From Macrostomum hystrix (taxonomy: Eukaryota; Animalia; Platyhelminthes), in the NCBI GenBank assembly GCA_950097015.1, contig CATNEN010000011.1:5766001-5830000 (forward strand): a stretch of 64,000 bases of DNA, given 5' to 3'. Every line of letters starts with the position of its first letter. Position 1 is the stretch's first letter. The position numbers and the translations under genes were made by a program. The notes below the pieces were generated by a model that saw nothing but the letters and a program-made list of their open reading frames with translations, had not been told where the DNA came from and did not search any database. Shown one piece after another: positions 1-12,004 of this stretch.

Positions 1-85
1 CGGTTTTTAATGTTGCTGAGTGTATATCAGAAATTTACTTTCTAAATTATTTGCAATTATTAGACTCTATAATATAGTATTAGTG

Positions 86-372
86 GTTGTAGCCTAGCAG
101 TTTGTGCGTCGGACTAATAACTTGATGGTCGGCGGTTCGATTCCCGACTCAACTGAAACGATTTTTGTCCTTTAGCAAGACATTGCCTCAGTTGCTTCAG
201 TTCGCACAGCTGGTAAATGAGTAACTGCTGGGATAATTGAGGGTGGGTGTAGTGGCCCCCCCAGTCCATGGACTGAACAACCGTACGCAGCCTTCAGATG
301 CGCCGGTCAATAGCTGCGGCTGTGCTGTCGGCTGCACATCTGGCCCAATTGGGGCAGGTGTAATAAATTATT
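86..372 (+). mobile_element. tRNA-derived SINE, family B
   Basis: A/B-box-like head (TAGCCTAGCAG.. / GGTTCGATTCC), body shared with 20008-20170 and 32818-33122, AAT/ATT-type tail. Confidence 0.8.
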
Positions 373-1114
373 AGAAAAAATTAAATAAAACTGTTCATTG
401 GTCGAATACTAGAAAAATAACAGCATTTATCTTCAATGAAAAGTCCAAATATCCACTCACACACAGAGAGAAGAGAGAAATTAGAGAACAAACGCTATAG
501 CCCTGCATGCCCTTGCCAAGCAGTGAACACTAGCTCCAGCCACAGACTGGTTTCCACCAGTTCTCTAACAAGCCCCACCCCCACCCCTGTGCGCATCGCC
601 CCTTGCATTGTTAGTTCTGCTAGAGTACGCGATGCAGAGGGACGCAAGTGCATGCAGTAGTTTGGCTTGGCTTAGTTTAATATGACTGAATTCTGTTCAA
701 AAATAGCATGACACGGCCATCGTGCACACTGAACAGAACTTACAGAAGATTTTTATAATGTATTTCTACAATCTTCTTCATCTGCTGGTGCACTTATAGC
801 TAGAATAAGTTTAATATTTAGTTTTGTAAGGCCATTTTAAGGTTAAGAAAACAGGTGCACTCCATGACGCTTAGTGACGCTGCTGTGACGTTATTTTCCA
901 TAATTGGCTATTCGCTAATTCGCATGATTTGAAGTTTGAATTTTTGAAATGACACCGTGTTCGAAAATATATTGTTTACCGTTTAATCTACTGCTTTGTC
1001 TAGTTTATTACCGCAAAATCACTAATGATATTGGTTTTCAACTTCTATTTCAAACTAAGTAACTTCAATTTCGTCCGTGAGACCGGCCTGTTTGAAATTA
1101 GCAGTTGAAAAAAC

Positions 1115-1472
1115 CAATAATTGCAGGAGGGCTGCGGACAATGACACAACGACTTTGGTGACACTAGACCCGCAGCCAGCGAGGAGGCAATTCTGCCTAT
1201 TCCTCTGACTCCTGAGCACACACGCACACAGATACTGTACGCTGGTACACGCTCGCACAGGTGTGTACATCTGCCCTGACTTTCTCATCGTCAGTCAGTA
1301 TACACTCTCACTGTGCCTTGGAGGTTGGCCCTCAAGGGCGTGAATTGCACGACAAGCCCCCAAGCCTTCTCTCCGTCGCTGCGCCCCAAATAAATGTGGT
1401 CTCGCCGCGGAATCGACATCTTGACCTTGGCGCGAGAGGCAAACGCGTTAACCATTCTGACACTAACCCCTT
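1115..1472 (-). mobile_element. tRNA-derived SINE, family A (near full length)
   Basis: About 350 bp homologous to the 28684, 51745 and 52901 copies; B-box-like TCGATTCC; in Amt intron. Confidence 0.8.
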
Positions 1473-1637
1473 GTTTACTGCTTAAGCCTGCTGTAAAATA
1501 ATACAATATATGGTGACATTGTTGTCGAGCGACGTCATGTCAATCTAGGTCAGGAATTCGAATATTTTGTTTTGCTGGTCTTGATTTTATTTTTTTAATT
1601 TTCGAAAGAAAATTATTTGAGCAGCAGCTCGGCGCAC

Positions 1638-2103
1638 CTGTAATGATGACCGAGTAGATCAGGTAGGCCACGAAGTTGCACCGTTCGGCCAGCGCACCAG
1701 ACACTATAGTGGCAGCGCTAGCCGCGAATGTGTATTCAAAGAACCACTGCGCCAGCTTGCCGTCGGGCATGTCGATGAGGAACCAGTTGGCGGTGCCGCA
1801 GAACCGGTTCGCCGGCTCTCCGTAGGCCAGTGCCCAGCCGACCGCATAGTAGGCGATGCCACCGAGGAATGCGTCTAGCACATTCTTGATTAGAATATTG
1901 CTGACGCCTTTCGACCTGACCGAGCCGGCTTCCAGGAAGGCAAAGCCGGCCTGCATGAAGTACACGAGCAGGCCCATCGAGCTCAGAAAGAAGACGTCAA
2001 GGGACTCGTTGGTGTCCCGCACCGATTGGGCCAGTGTGATGAGCGCCTGGCTGACGTTCAGGCTGTCGGCTCTGGCATTGGCGATGTCGTTCAACGATGA
2101 CAT
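1638..2103 (-). CDS. Amt: Ammonium transporter (Amt/MEP family), first coding exon; the rest of the gene was not found and presumably lies left of the window
   Basis: ATG at 2103; FMQAGFAFLEAGSVRSK..NILIKN, FFEYTFAASAATIVSGALAER are Amt hallmark segments; donor G|GTGCGC at 1638/1637. Confidence 0.93.
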
Positions 2104-2344
2104 TTTCACGTGCCTGTGCCGAAAGCATGGGTTGGGTGGAGCAAAGTGGAGGATTCTGATTGGCTGGCGAAAGCTTTAGAAAATAAAAGGAGTGAGGCGG
2201 CTACTCGACTAGCCAATCATGTCACTTTTTGGATGATGGAGTGGGGTTGGTGCCATTTGGAAAAACATCGAGCATGATCATTTGATGAACAGGCACATCA
2301 TAAGCTACGTCGAGATGCACATTTTTCCCATTCGACTGACGTAA

Positions 2345-2436
2345 ATGGCGTAAATTGTATGACAAGCCACAAGCATTCTCTCCTGAATAAATGTGGCCTC
2401 GCCGCGGAATCGAGCTCAGGGACCTTGGTGCTCGTG
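2345..2436 (-). mobile_element. SINE family A, partial deleted copy
   Basis: TAAATGTGGCCTCGCCGCGGAATCGAGCTCAGGGACCTTGG matches the family A head. Confidence 0.65.
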
Positions 2437-3048
2437 GCCGCTGTTATTTAAAAAACATTTAAAAATGGTATGATACTTTAGAATACAGAATTACCTTATG
2501 TCAATTTATTATTAGACACCAAAACGCGAATTAAACTGTAGCTGATCGACGGCGCACAAGTGTTGAACTTTTTAGAGGCCAACACTATAACAGGCTGCTC
2601 AGGTTACTGTATTCGTATTGGTAACAACTTCTGCGAGAGCATTAAAATTGGCCACTTCTAGAAAGCGAAAGTAGCCGTGCAATCTCAGGAAAGTTTCTCG
2701 GGTCCCGCAGCTTGTCCCGCGCACCTTTATCTAATCTAAACTTACGGTATTTTTCTTTTTATTAGAAGAGCGAGCCTAATTTAATTTAAGCATAAGAACG
2801 TACACCGTGTACGCAGGGAAAGAACACACCCACATTTCATTGCGACCAGTTCTCATTGGCCAGGCTAGGGGTGAGTGAAATGGCTTCAAAATTGTACTCA
2901 AGGCCGAATCGGTAGAGAAGGACTTGCTCGGCTAGATTCGGACTTAATGGTGAATTACGTCGAAACGAAAATTATATAGATTTCCTTGAGTATCAGCTCA
3001 ATCTGACGCATTAAAGTGTACATACTCCTATAAATGAAACTAAAGATT

Positions 3049-5150
3049 GCCTTTCCTACTCTCTCCCTTCCTTCCCTACTCTCTCTCCTTTCCTTCCCTA
3101 CTCTCTCTCCTTTCCTTCACAACTCTCTCTCCTTTCATTCCCTACTCTCTCCTTTCCTTCCCAACTCTCTCTCCTTTCCTTCCCTACTCTCTCCTTTCCT
3201 TCCCAACTCTCTCTCCTTTCATTCCCTACTCTCTCCCTTCCTTCCCAACTCTCTCTCCTTTCCTTCCCTACTCTCTCTCCTTTCCTTCCCTACTCTCTCT
3301 CCTTTCCTCCCAACTCTCTCTCCTTTCCTCCCAACTCTCTCTCCTTTCCTTCCCTACTCTCTCTCCTTTCCTTCCCTACTCTCTCTCCTTTCATTCCCTA
3401 CTCTCTCTCCTTTCCTTCACAACTCTCTCTCCTTTCCTTCCCTACTCTCTCTCCTTTCCTTCACAACTCTCTCTCCTTTCCTTCCCTACTCTCTCTCCTT
3501 TCCTTCACAACTCTCTCTCCTTTCCTTCACAACTCTCTCTCCTTTCCTTCCCAACTCTCTCTCCTTTCCTTCCCTACTCTCTCTCCTTTCCTTCCCTACT
3601 CTCTCTCCTTTCCTTCCCTACTCTCTCTCCTTTCCTTCACAACTCTCTCTCCTTTCCTTCACAACTCTCTCTCCTTTCCTTCACAACTCTCTCTCCTTTC
3701 CTTTCCTACTCTCTCCCTTCCTGCCACACTCTCTCTCCTTTCCTTCCCTACTCTCTCCCTTCCTTCCCTACTCTCTCTCCTTTCCTTCCCTACTCTCTCC
3801 CTTCCTTACCAACTCTCTCTCCTTTCCTTCCCTACTCTCTCCTTTCCTTCCCAACTCTCTCTCCTTTCCTTCCCTACTCTCTCCCTTCCTTCCCAACTCT
3901 CTCTCCTTTCATTCCCTACTCTCTCCCTTCCTTCCCAACTCTCTCTCCTTTCCTTCCCTACTCTCTCTCCTTTCCTCCCAACTCTCTCTCCTTTCCTTCC
4001 CTACTCTCTCTCCTTTCATTCCCTACTCTCTCTCCTTTCCTTCACAACTCTCTCTCCTTTCCTTCCCTACTCTCTCCCTTCCTTCCCAACTCTCTCTCCT
4101 TTCCTTCCCTACTCTCTCTCCCTTCCTTCCCAACTCTCTCTCCTTTCCTTCCCTACTCTCTCTCCCTTCCTTCCCAACTCTCTCTCCTTTCCTTCACAAC
4201 TCTCTCTCCTTTCCTTCACAACTCTCTCTCCTTTCCTTCACAACTCTCTCTCCTTTCCTTCACAACTCTCTCTCCTTTCCTTTCCTACTCTCTCCCTTCC
4301 TTCCCAACTCTCTCTCCTTTCCTTCCCTACTCTCTCCCTTCCTTCCCAACTCTCTCTCCTTTCCTTCCCTACTCTCTCCCTTCCTTCCCAACTCTCTCTC
4401 CTTTCCTTCCCAACTCTCTCTCCTTTCCTTCCCTACTCTCTCCCTTCCTTCCCAACTCTCTCTCCTTTCCTTCCCTACTCTCTCCCTTCCTTCCCAACTC
4501 TCTCTCCTTTCCTTCCCAACTCTCTCTCCTTTCCTTCCCTACTCTCTCCCTTCCTTCCCAACTCTCTCTCCTTTCCTTCACAACTCTCTCTCTCCTTTCC
4601 TTCACAACTCTCTCTCCTTTCCTTCACAACTCTCTCTCCTTTCCTTCCCAACTCTCTCTCCTTTCCTTTCCTACTCTCTTCCTTCCTTCCCAACTCTCTC
4701 TCCTTTCCTTCCCTACTCTCTCCCTTCCTTCCCAACTCTCTCTCCTTTCCTTCCCTACTCTCTCCCTTCCTTCCCAACTCTCTCTCCTTTCCTTCCCAAC
4801 TCTCTCTCCTTTCCTTCCCTACTCTCTCCCTTCCTTCCCTACTCTCTCTCCTTTCCTTCCCTACTCTCTCCCTTCCTTCCCAACTCTCTCTCCTTTCCTT
4901 CCCAACTCTCTCTCCTTTCCTTCCCTACTCTCTCCCTTCCTTCCCAACTCTCTCTCCTTTCCTTCCCTACTCTCTCCCTTCCTTCCCAACTCTCTCTCCT
5001 TTCCTTCCCTACTCTCTCTCCTTTCATTCCCAACCCTCTCCCATCCTTTCCAACTCTCTCTCCTTTCCTTCCCTACTCTCTCTCCTTTCCTTCCCTACTC
5101 TCTCCCTTCATCCCCTACTCTCTCCTTTCATACGCAACTCTCTCTCTCAA
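3049..5150. repeat. Pyrimidine-rich (CT) degenerate minisatellite, ~23-24 bp units
   Basis: CTCTCTCTCCTTTCCTTCCC(T/A)A repeated for 2.1 kb. Confidence 0.95.
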
Positions 5151-5489
5151 TTCCTTGTGAATTGGCACGCAGCTCCTCAGCGACCTCCTCTTTCAGCTTG
5201 AGGGCATCCGCCATATCAACACTCAGTTGTTTCAAGCACAGTTAGCGCAACCTTCGGATGCAAAACTCAATAGCAGCAGTGAAGACTAGGGCTACATGAA
5301 CTGAGGATGCATTTAAAAATCAACAAATGAAATATATTTCCGGACAAATCAGTTTCACATAGTCAGCGGTCGAATTCAAATAAAAAGGCTGGGTTTATAG
5401 AAAACAATTCTGGGAAAGCGAACAATATCGAAATCTTTCAGAATGCAGTCAGGAAGCTCCGGCTGTCACAGGGGGCCAAAAGTGTTGCA

Positions 5490-6965
5490 TCATCGCTCAG
5501 CATTCAGCACCACCAGCCTCTTCATGCTATAATCAGCCACCACCAGCTGCTCGCGAGGTCCTCCCGTCACCACAGCCAGACCCCAAGGATAGCAGAGCTT
5601 GTCGAAACTGCAGCCGCTCTCGCCCGGCACCCCGTGAGTCATCAGCAACGACCCATCGTCTGCAGCCACCGCTCGAACTGTGTGGCCCCAGTGCTCAATC
5701 ACGAGCAGGCGGCCTCTCCTGTCCAAGGCCACACTGATTGGAACATCAAAATGCTGGAGGCCAGAGCGCTCAGTCGGGTGGGAGGCGACCACCTGCTGGG
5801 TGTCAATGCGCACTCTGTGCACCTGATTGTGCTTCCAGTCTGTCACCAGAATCCAGTTGTCGTGGATCACCAGGTTGTGTAGTCGAGCGTCAGGAAGCTC
5901 AGACAGCGTGATGACCTTCTCCGTCTCGCCAGTCACTTTGCTGAATGCGACAATTTTGTTGCCACCAGACACAAACACGGAGGCTGCGTTGCCGCCGATT
6001 CCACTGATGTCACCGAAGCTCTCGATTTGTGTCTTGATTCGACGCACCGTTCGACCGCTCAGGTCCGTCACTGTCACTGCGTCCCCTTGAGCAATGAACA
6101 GCAGCTGACGGCCGCAGTGAAGACCCCTGATGTCTTTTTTCCAGTCGATGTCGCAGTGGCACCGCAGCTTCTTCGAGCCGTCCACAGACAGCACCTGAAG
6201 GTGGTCTTTGCCATCGAATGATGCCAAGATGCAGGGCTGAGGCAGAGCCTCACCGCCGTCACTCGCTGACTCGGCGGTCACCACACGGCCTGAACGGTCA
6301 CCAACGAATCCGCTGGTGTCGCTGCACACCGCCAGCCATTCAACAAAGCCATCCAGCTTCACCTCGTGACTGAACACGATCGGATCGAATGCAGAGTCGC
6401 CCACAGCAGCGTCAATTGCAGGCACTTTTGCGATGACCGCGGCATTTTCAACGCTGCCAGAGATGCAGACACAAGTCAACGCTCTGCCGAACTGCTCCGA
6501 CACCTGCCCCAGTCGCTCCAGCTGCTGCTCCGCTCCAAAGCTCTCCTCCAGCGACTTCTGCAGCCGGTCATTGTCCGCCTTCAAGTCATCGAGCGACAGC
6601 TTGGCCTCGTCTACCTCGTCTGCAGCCCCCGCCATCGCCGAATATATTTCGTGAAATCTTATACTGTCGAGGTTCAGCTCGTACAAACGCGCTGTCTCAA
6701 TCCGAGCTGTCATCGGGCCTGTCAGTCGATCTTCACTCGACTCCAGGTATTTCCGCATTATCTCAAACAGCTGCTTCGCCCGTCGCAGCTGCTCCTCCAT
6801 CTCGTGAATCCAATCTCCTCCACCGCCTTTTGCACTGCCACCTGCAGCTTCGGCTTGTGGGTACGCACATATCTCCTCAGCGACCTCCTTCAGCTCGACG
6901 GCGGCCTTTCGAGTCCTTTCGAGTTCTACTTTAGTAGAAATCTCACATGAGTCTCCACGCTGCAT
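5490..6965 (-). CDS. Coiled-coil + NHL-repeat beta-propeller protein (TRIM-NHL-like C-terminal part), single 491-aa ORF
   Basis: Helical N-terminus; NHL-like blades ILVTDWKHNQVHRV, FDVPISVALDRRGRLLVIEHWGHTVR, LCYPWGLAVV..LVVADYSMKRLVVL; a possible upstream acceptor (ACAG|GTC near 6977) means the 5' end is uncertain. Confidence 0.75.
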   Translation of the reverse strand: MQRGDSCEISTKVELERTRKAAVELKEVAEEICAYPQAEAAGGSAKGGGGDWIHEMEEQLRRAKQLFEIMRKYLESSEDRLTGPMTARIETARLYELNLDSIRFHEIYSAMAGAADEVDEAKLSLDDLKADNDRLQKSLEESFGAEQQLERLGQVSEQFGRALTCVCISGSVENAAVIAKVPAIDAAVGDSAFDPIVFSHEVKLDGFVEWLAVCSDTSGFVGDRSGRVVTAESASDGGEALPQPCILASFDGKDHLQVLSVDGSKKLRCHCDIDWKKDIRGLHCGRQLLFIAQGDAVTVTDLSGRTVRRIKTQIESFGDISGIGGNAASVFVSGGNKIVAFSKVTGETEKVITLSELPDARLHNLVIHDNWILVTDWKHNQVHRVRIDTQQVVASHPTERSGLQHFDVPISVALDRRGRLLVIEHWGHTVRAVAADDGSLLMTHGVPGESGCSFDKLCYPWGLAVVTGGPREQLVVADYSMKRLVVLNAER

Positions 6966-7675
6966 TTTGGAATTGACCTGTCATGAAAGTGGAGAGGAGA
7001 TCGTATGTTTTCTGAGCAGTCTTTTTTAAGTTTGCCTGGGTATGATTTTTGCACTTTAGTCGCTGTGTGCAATTTGATGAATTTACCTCGTGAAGAATGC
7101 AGATGAAGTCTTCCAAATCTGCAAGACTTCATCACGAAAAGAACACAAGATAGCCTTTACCTACCTCTGGCATCTTTGGAGCAGAAAATTAGTTAATAGT
7201 GATGACCAGGCTCCTGGAATATAAGGGTGTGTCCACATTTTTATAACTATGCAAGCCGTTGCAGAACAATAGCTAATGTACGAGTACATAAATAATACCC
7301 TCTTGTACAAATGTACAGTTGCACAGACGAGCATAGTTCGCACTCATTAGGAATTAAGATCATAACTAAATTTGTACCTGACGCCTTGGCTTTAGAATGA
7401 TAAAGAAGGAACATTCAGCTTCAAGGATATTTCAGTTAAAAGTAAATTTAAATCTCAAGAAGACAGCTTACAATAAACTAATATAAAATTAAAATCCGTG
7501 GTTTTATTTTGTTTATTCAAATTAGTCATTAAAATACAATAATGACGTTATTACCAAAAAGTTTATTTTCAGCTATGACTGGAGCGTTAGAAATATCAGG
7601 AAACTTAGTTAAAAATCTTTTGAAACCAGCTGATTGGGTTACCTGTTAGAATAAGTTAGGCGAATAGTCTAGGCT

Positions 7676-8172
7676 TCAACCTGTTAGACAGTTCTTTAAC
7701 CTGTTAGACAGTACTTCAACCTGTTAGACTGGAGATTCACCTGTCAGACTGGAGATTCACCTGTTAGACTGGAGATTCACCTGTTAGACTGAAGATTCAT
7801 CTGTCAGACTGGAGATTCACCTGTTAGACTGAAGATTCACCTGTCAGACCGGAGATTCACCTGTCAGACTGGAGATTCACCTGTCAGACTGGAGATTCAC
7901 CTGTTAGACTGGAGATTCACCTGTCAGACTGGAGATTCACCTGTTAGACTGGAGATTCACCTGTTAGACTGGAGGTTCACCTGTTAGACTGGAGATTCAC
8001 CTGTTAGACTGGAGGTTCACCTGTCAGACTGGAGATTCACCTGTTAGACTGAAGATTCACCTGTCAGACTGGAGGTTCACCTGTCAGACTGGAGATTCAC
8101 CTGTCAGACTGAAGATTCACCTGTCAGACTGGAGATTCACATGCCAGACTGGAGATTAACCTGTTAGACTGG
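7676..8172. repeat. 20-bp minisatellite CACCTGT(T/C)AGACTGGAGATT
   Basis: About 24 tandem units. Confidence 0.95.
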
Positions 8173-8498
8173 GGATCCACGGCAGGTATTAGACGTTGGT
8201 CAATTAAGGTCACATATTAGACTATTTTTCTCGAAAATCTTCACGTTTCTCCTCAAAAGAACATTGTGAACTTTTGATTGCAAAAATCATTTTAATTAAA
8301 GTGATTTGACATATCGTGTACAGTTATCATGTATCGTACACATAACTGGTTCTCGTGAATTATATTTTAAGACAATTTTTTATCCAAATAAAGTTGTTTG
8401 TCAATACAAATGTTTAAAATGCTAAAAAAGCTTTGATAAATTAACTACTCGTAAAAATGATCAACTATGGAATGAAATATGCTCAATCAAGGTCATGC

Positions 8499-9503
8499 GT
8501 CAGGCTGGTCAATCATGGGTCAGGCTGGTCAATCATGGGTCAGGCTGGTCATTCGTGTGTTAGGCTGGTCAGTCATGGGTCAGGCTTGTCAATCGTGATT
8601 CAGGCTTGTCAATCGTGATTCAGGCTTGTCAATCGTGATTCAGGCTGGTCAATCGTGATTCAGGCTTGTCAATCGTGATTCAGGCTTGTCAATCGTGATT
8701 CAGGCTTGTCAATCGTGATTCAGGCTTGTCAATCGTGATTCAGGCTGGTCATTCGTGGGTCAGGCTGGTCAATCATGGGTCAGGCTGGTCAGTCATGGGT
8801 CAGGCTGGTCAATCATGGGTCAGGCTGGTCAGTCATGGGTCAGGCTGGTCAATCATGGGTCAGGCTGGTCAGTCATGGGTCAGGCTGGTCAATCATGGGT
8901 CAGGCTGGTCAATCATGGGTCAGGCTGGTTAATCATGGGTCAGGCTGGTCAGTCATGGGTCAGGCAGGTCAGTCATGGGTCAGGCTGGTCAATCATGGGT
9001 CAGGCTGGTCAATCATGGGTCAGGCTGGTTAATCATAGGTCAGGCTGGTCAGTCATGGGTCAGGCTAGTCAATCATGGGTCAGGCTGGTCAATCATGGGT
9101 CAGGCTGGTCAATCATGGGTCAGGCTGGTCAATCATGGGTCAGGCTGGTCAATCATGGGTCAGGCTGGTCAGTCATGGGTCAGGCTGGTCAATCATGGGT
9201 CAGACTGGTCAGTCATGGGTCAGGCTGGTCAATCATGGGTCAGGCTGATTAATCATGGGTCAGGCTGGTCAATCATGGGTCAGGCTGGTCAATCATGGGT
9301 CAGGCTGGTCAGTCATGGGTCAGGCTGGTCAATCATGGGTCAGGCTGATTAATCATGGGTCAGGCTGGTCAATCATGGGTCAGACTGGTCAGTCATGGGT
9401 CAGGCAGGTCAGTCATGGGTCAGGCTGGTCAATCATGGGTCAGGCTGGTTAATCATGGGTCAGGCTGGTCAATCATGGGTCAGGCAGGTCAGTCATGGGT
9501 CAG
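8499..9503. repeat. 20-bp minisatellite CAGGCTGGTCAATCATGGGT
   Basis: About 50 tandem units. Confidence 0.95.
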
Positions 9504-9864
9504 GTAAAACAGCATTAAAGTAATTATTTAAGTACTGAAAACAAGAAAGTAATTCTAACAAAATCAATTAATAAGCGTTCGCTCAAAAAGACAAATAGAA
9601 TTTGAAACTGCGAGTATTAATGCTGCATTATTCAAATCTGGACTTATTTAATATAAGATAAGATATTCACCACTGAATCTGTGTAGTAAATGTTAAAAAA
9701 TGTAATCCCACTCTATAAAAATATCATTTAAAAATGCTCACAGCACTTAATACATTTAACTCGAAAACATGTCTATTTTTTAATTTCATTTAGTACAAAA
9801 CATGTGTCATGAAAAAAATTCATTTAAAAAATGTCACTCCATTAAAATATTTCCATTGACTGTC

Positions 9865-12004
9865 TCAGAGCAGTCTGATCAGAGCAATCTCCTGTCGGGT
9901 GAAGGTCCTGATTGGTGGGCCGTAGTACATGGCTCCTGAGGTGACGTAGACCTGGTACGGACCAAGCCTGTAGTAGCCATAGTTGAAGGGGAACACAACG
10001 CCGGCCAACAGGGTCAGAGGAAAGAATTGTCCGGCGTGGGTGTGGCCGCAAAGCACCAGGTCGACATTCGCGCCAGTCGAGATGGCGTCCTTAGCAACGC
10101 TTGGCTGATGGGCTAGCAGCACAACGGCATCGGTTGATTGACAACCGCTCAGTGCAGCAGACAGATTGTAGTGCAGGTGGGCGGAGCCTGTTGCTACGTC
10201 AGCGAACTGGTCGTTAACCCCGGCGAAGCAGATGGAACCGGCGATGCGTCTGTGCAGCGAGTGTGGGGAAAGGCAGCTGCGATTGTTCTGTTACCTGCCT
10301 CATATCAGCCTCATCAGCGCACAGCAGCCTCATCAGCTCACATCAGCCTCATCAGCTCACATCAGCCTCATCAGCTCACATCAGCCTCATCAGCTCACAT
10401 CAGCCTCATCAGCTCACATCAGCCTCATCAGCTCACATCAGCCTCATCAGCTCACATCAGCCTCATCAGCTCACATCAGCCTCATCAGCTCACATCAGCC
10501 TCATCAGCTCACCCACCTGGCCTGGTTACCAAGCGGTTGGAAGCCCGCAGCCCTCACAGCACGGATCCATGCATCAGGTTTCATAGTCAGGTATTCGTGA
10601 TTTCCAGTCACATAGAACTTGGCCAGCTTGGCGCGGACATTGCTCAACGGCTCGACAGCAGTCAGGAATCCGCTGCCGGGAGTGTCGGCCAAGTCGCCAA
10701 CTAGGGCCACCACATCCGGCTGCAGCCTGTTCAACTGGGCAGTCAGGGCGGCCACATCGGCAGCTCCCACAGTCGGGCCAATGTGCAAATCTGACACCAA
10801 CGCCACCTGCAGGCCAGATAAGGACTTTGGCAGTCGACTTAGTTGAATATCTAGACGACGGACGCTGATGTCGCCGATGCCAGATACAGCAGAGCTTTTT
10901 ACATTGAGCAGACCCACTGTTGTCATGCCAACCGTCAGAGCTAGGGGCAGGGCAGTGCGCAGGAATCCTCTGCCTAGGAAGGCGCAGTCGAATTTCATGG
11001 AATGATGAAGGCTGCTGAGGCATCGATAGCCCAGAGATATACCGTGGCACAGCAGGCAGTAGAATGCGAACTGTAGGCTGATGCCTCCGCACAGGTAGAA
11101 CAATAGGATTAGCGAGTTCACCTGGACAATGCGGGTTAGAGAGCTTTGAGAACAGTGTGATGGGATGTGCTCAACTGTTGAGAACAGTTTGATGGGATGT
11201 GCTCAACTATTGAGAACAGTTTGATGGGATGTGCTCAACTGTTGAGAAAAGTTTGATGGGGTGCGCTCAACTGTTGAGAACAGTTTGATGGGATGTGCTC
11301 AACTGTTGAGAACAGTTTATTGGCATGTGCTCAACTGTTGAGAACCGTTTATTGGGATGTGCTCAACTGTTGAGAACAGTTTGATGGGATGTGCTCAACT
11401 GTTGAGAACAGTTTGATGGGATGTGCTCAACTATTGAGAACAGTTTGATGGGATGTGCTCAACTGTTGAGAACAGTTTGCTGGGATGTGCTCAACTGTTG
11501 AGAACAGTTTGATGGGATGTGCTCAACTGTTGAGAACAGAGTGCTTATTTTGAAAGCAATTAACTGGAGTTGCAAATTCAAGTTAATGAGGAAACCGCGC
11601 CAGCAACCCACCTGTCCGCCATCTGCCAGAAGCAGGCCGCACGGCAGAGCCAGCAGAGTGCCAGCATAAACTGGCGTCATCACTATCCGGACCGCTCGCT
11701 CCCATCGATTCCGACCCGGATGCGAAAAGCGATAGAGCAGCCAAATGCCAAGCAGCTCGATGAGCTCTGACACCAGCAGGACATTGGCCCTAGCTGACAG
11801 GGCTCGCCAAGGATACCGAGCTCCGAATGCCAGCCAAGCGGCCAGATTGTAGCCAGCTAGCAAGCCGGCCACAACGACCGAGTAGCGGACAATCGAGCCG
11901 GTTGGGGCACGGGCTGCGATGATCAAAGCACCGGCGACAATGGCCGCTTTCATGCCGCGGAATGCTGGAGCAAGAGAACTCTGGCAGGTGTACTTTAAAG
12001 CCAT
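9865..12004 (-). CDS. TMPPE: Transmembrane metallophosphoesterase (TMPPE/YkuE-like), 3 exons, about 460 aa
   Basis: Exons 12004-11612, 11121-10517, 10249-9865 with phase-consistent GT-AG; motifs SDLH, GDLAD, GNHEY, LAHQP, GHTHAGQ all present; hydrophobic N-terminal half. Confidence 0.9.
10303..10512. repeat. 19-bp minisatellite CATCAGCCTCATCAGCTCA in TMPPE intron 2
   Basis: About 11 units. Confidence 0.93.
11148..11539. repeat. 32-bp minisatellite in TMPPE intron 1
   Basis: TTTGATGGGATGTGCTCAACTGTTGAGAACAG x about 12. Confidence 0.93.

Noticed and set aside
3034-5245. 708- and 732-aa Leu/Ser/Pro/Phe ORFs
   Set aside because: They are open only because the CT repeat lacks stop codons; no domain content.
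8726-9452. Repeat ORFs (GQAGQSWVRLVNHGSGWSIM)n, and similar ones at 18.9, 25.1, 36.7, 39.8, 46.0 and 54.6 kb
   Set aside because: Array artefacts with no splice-consistent link to any gene.
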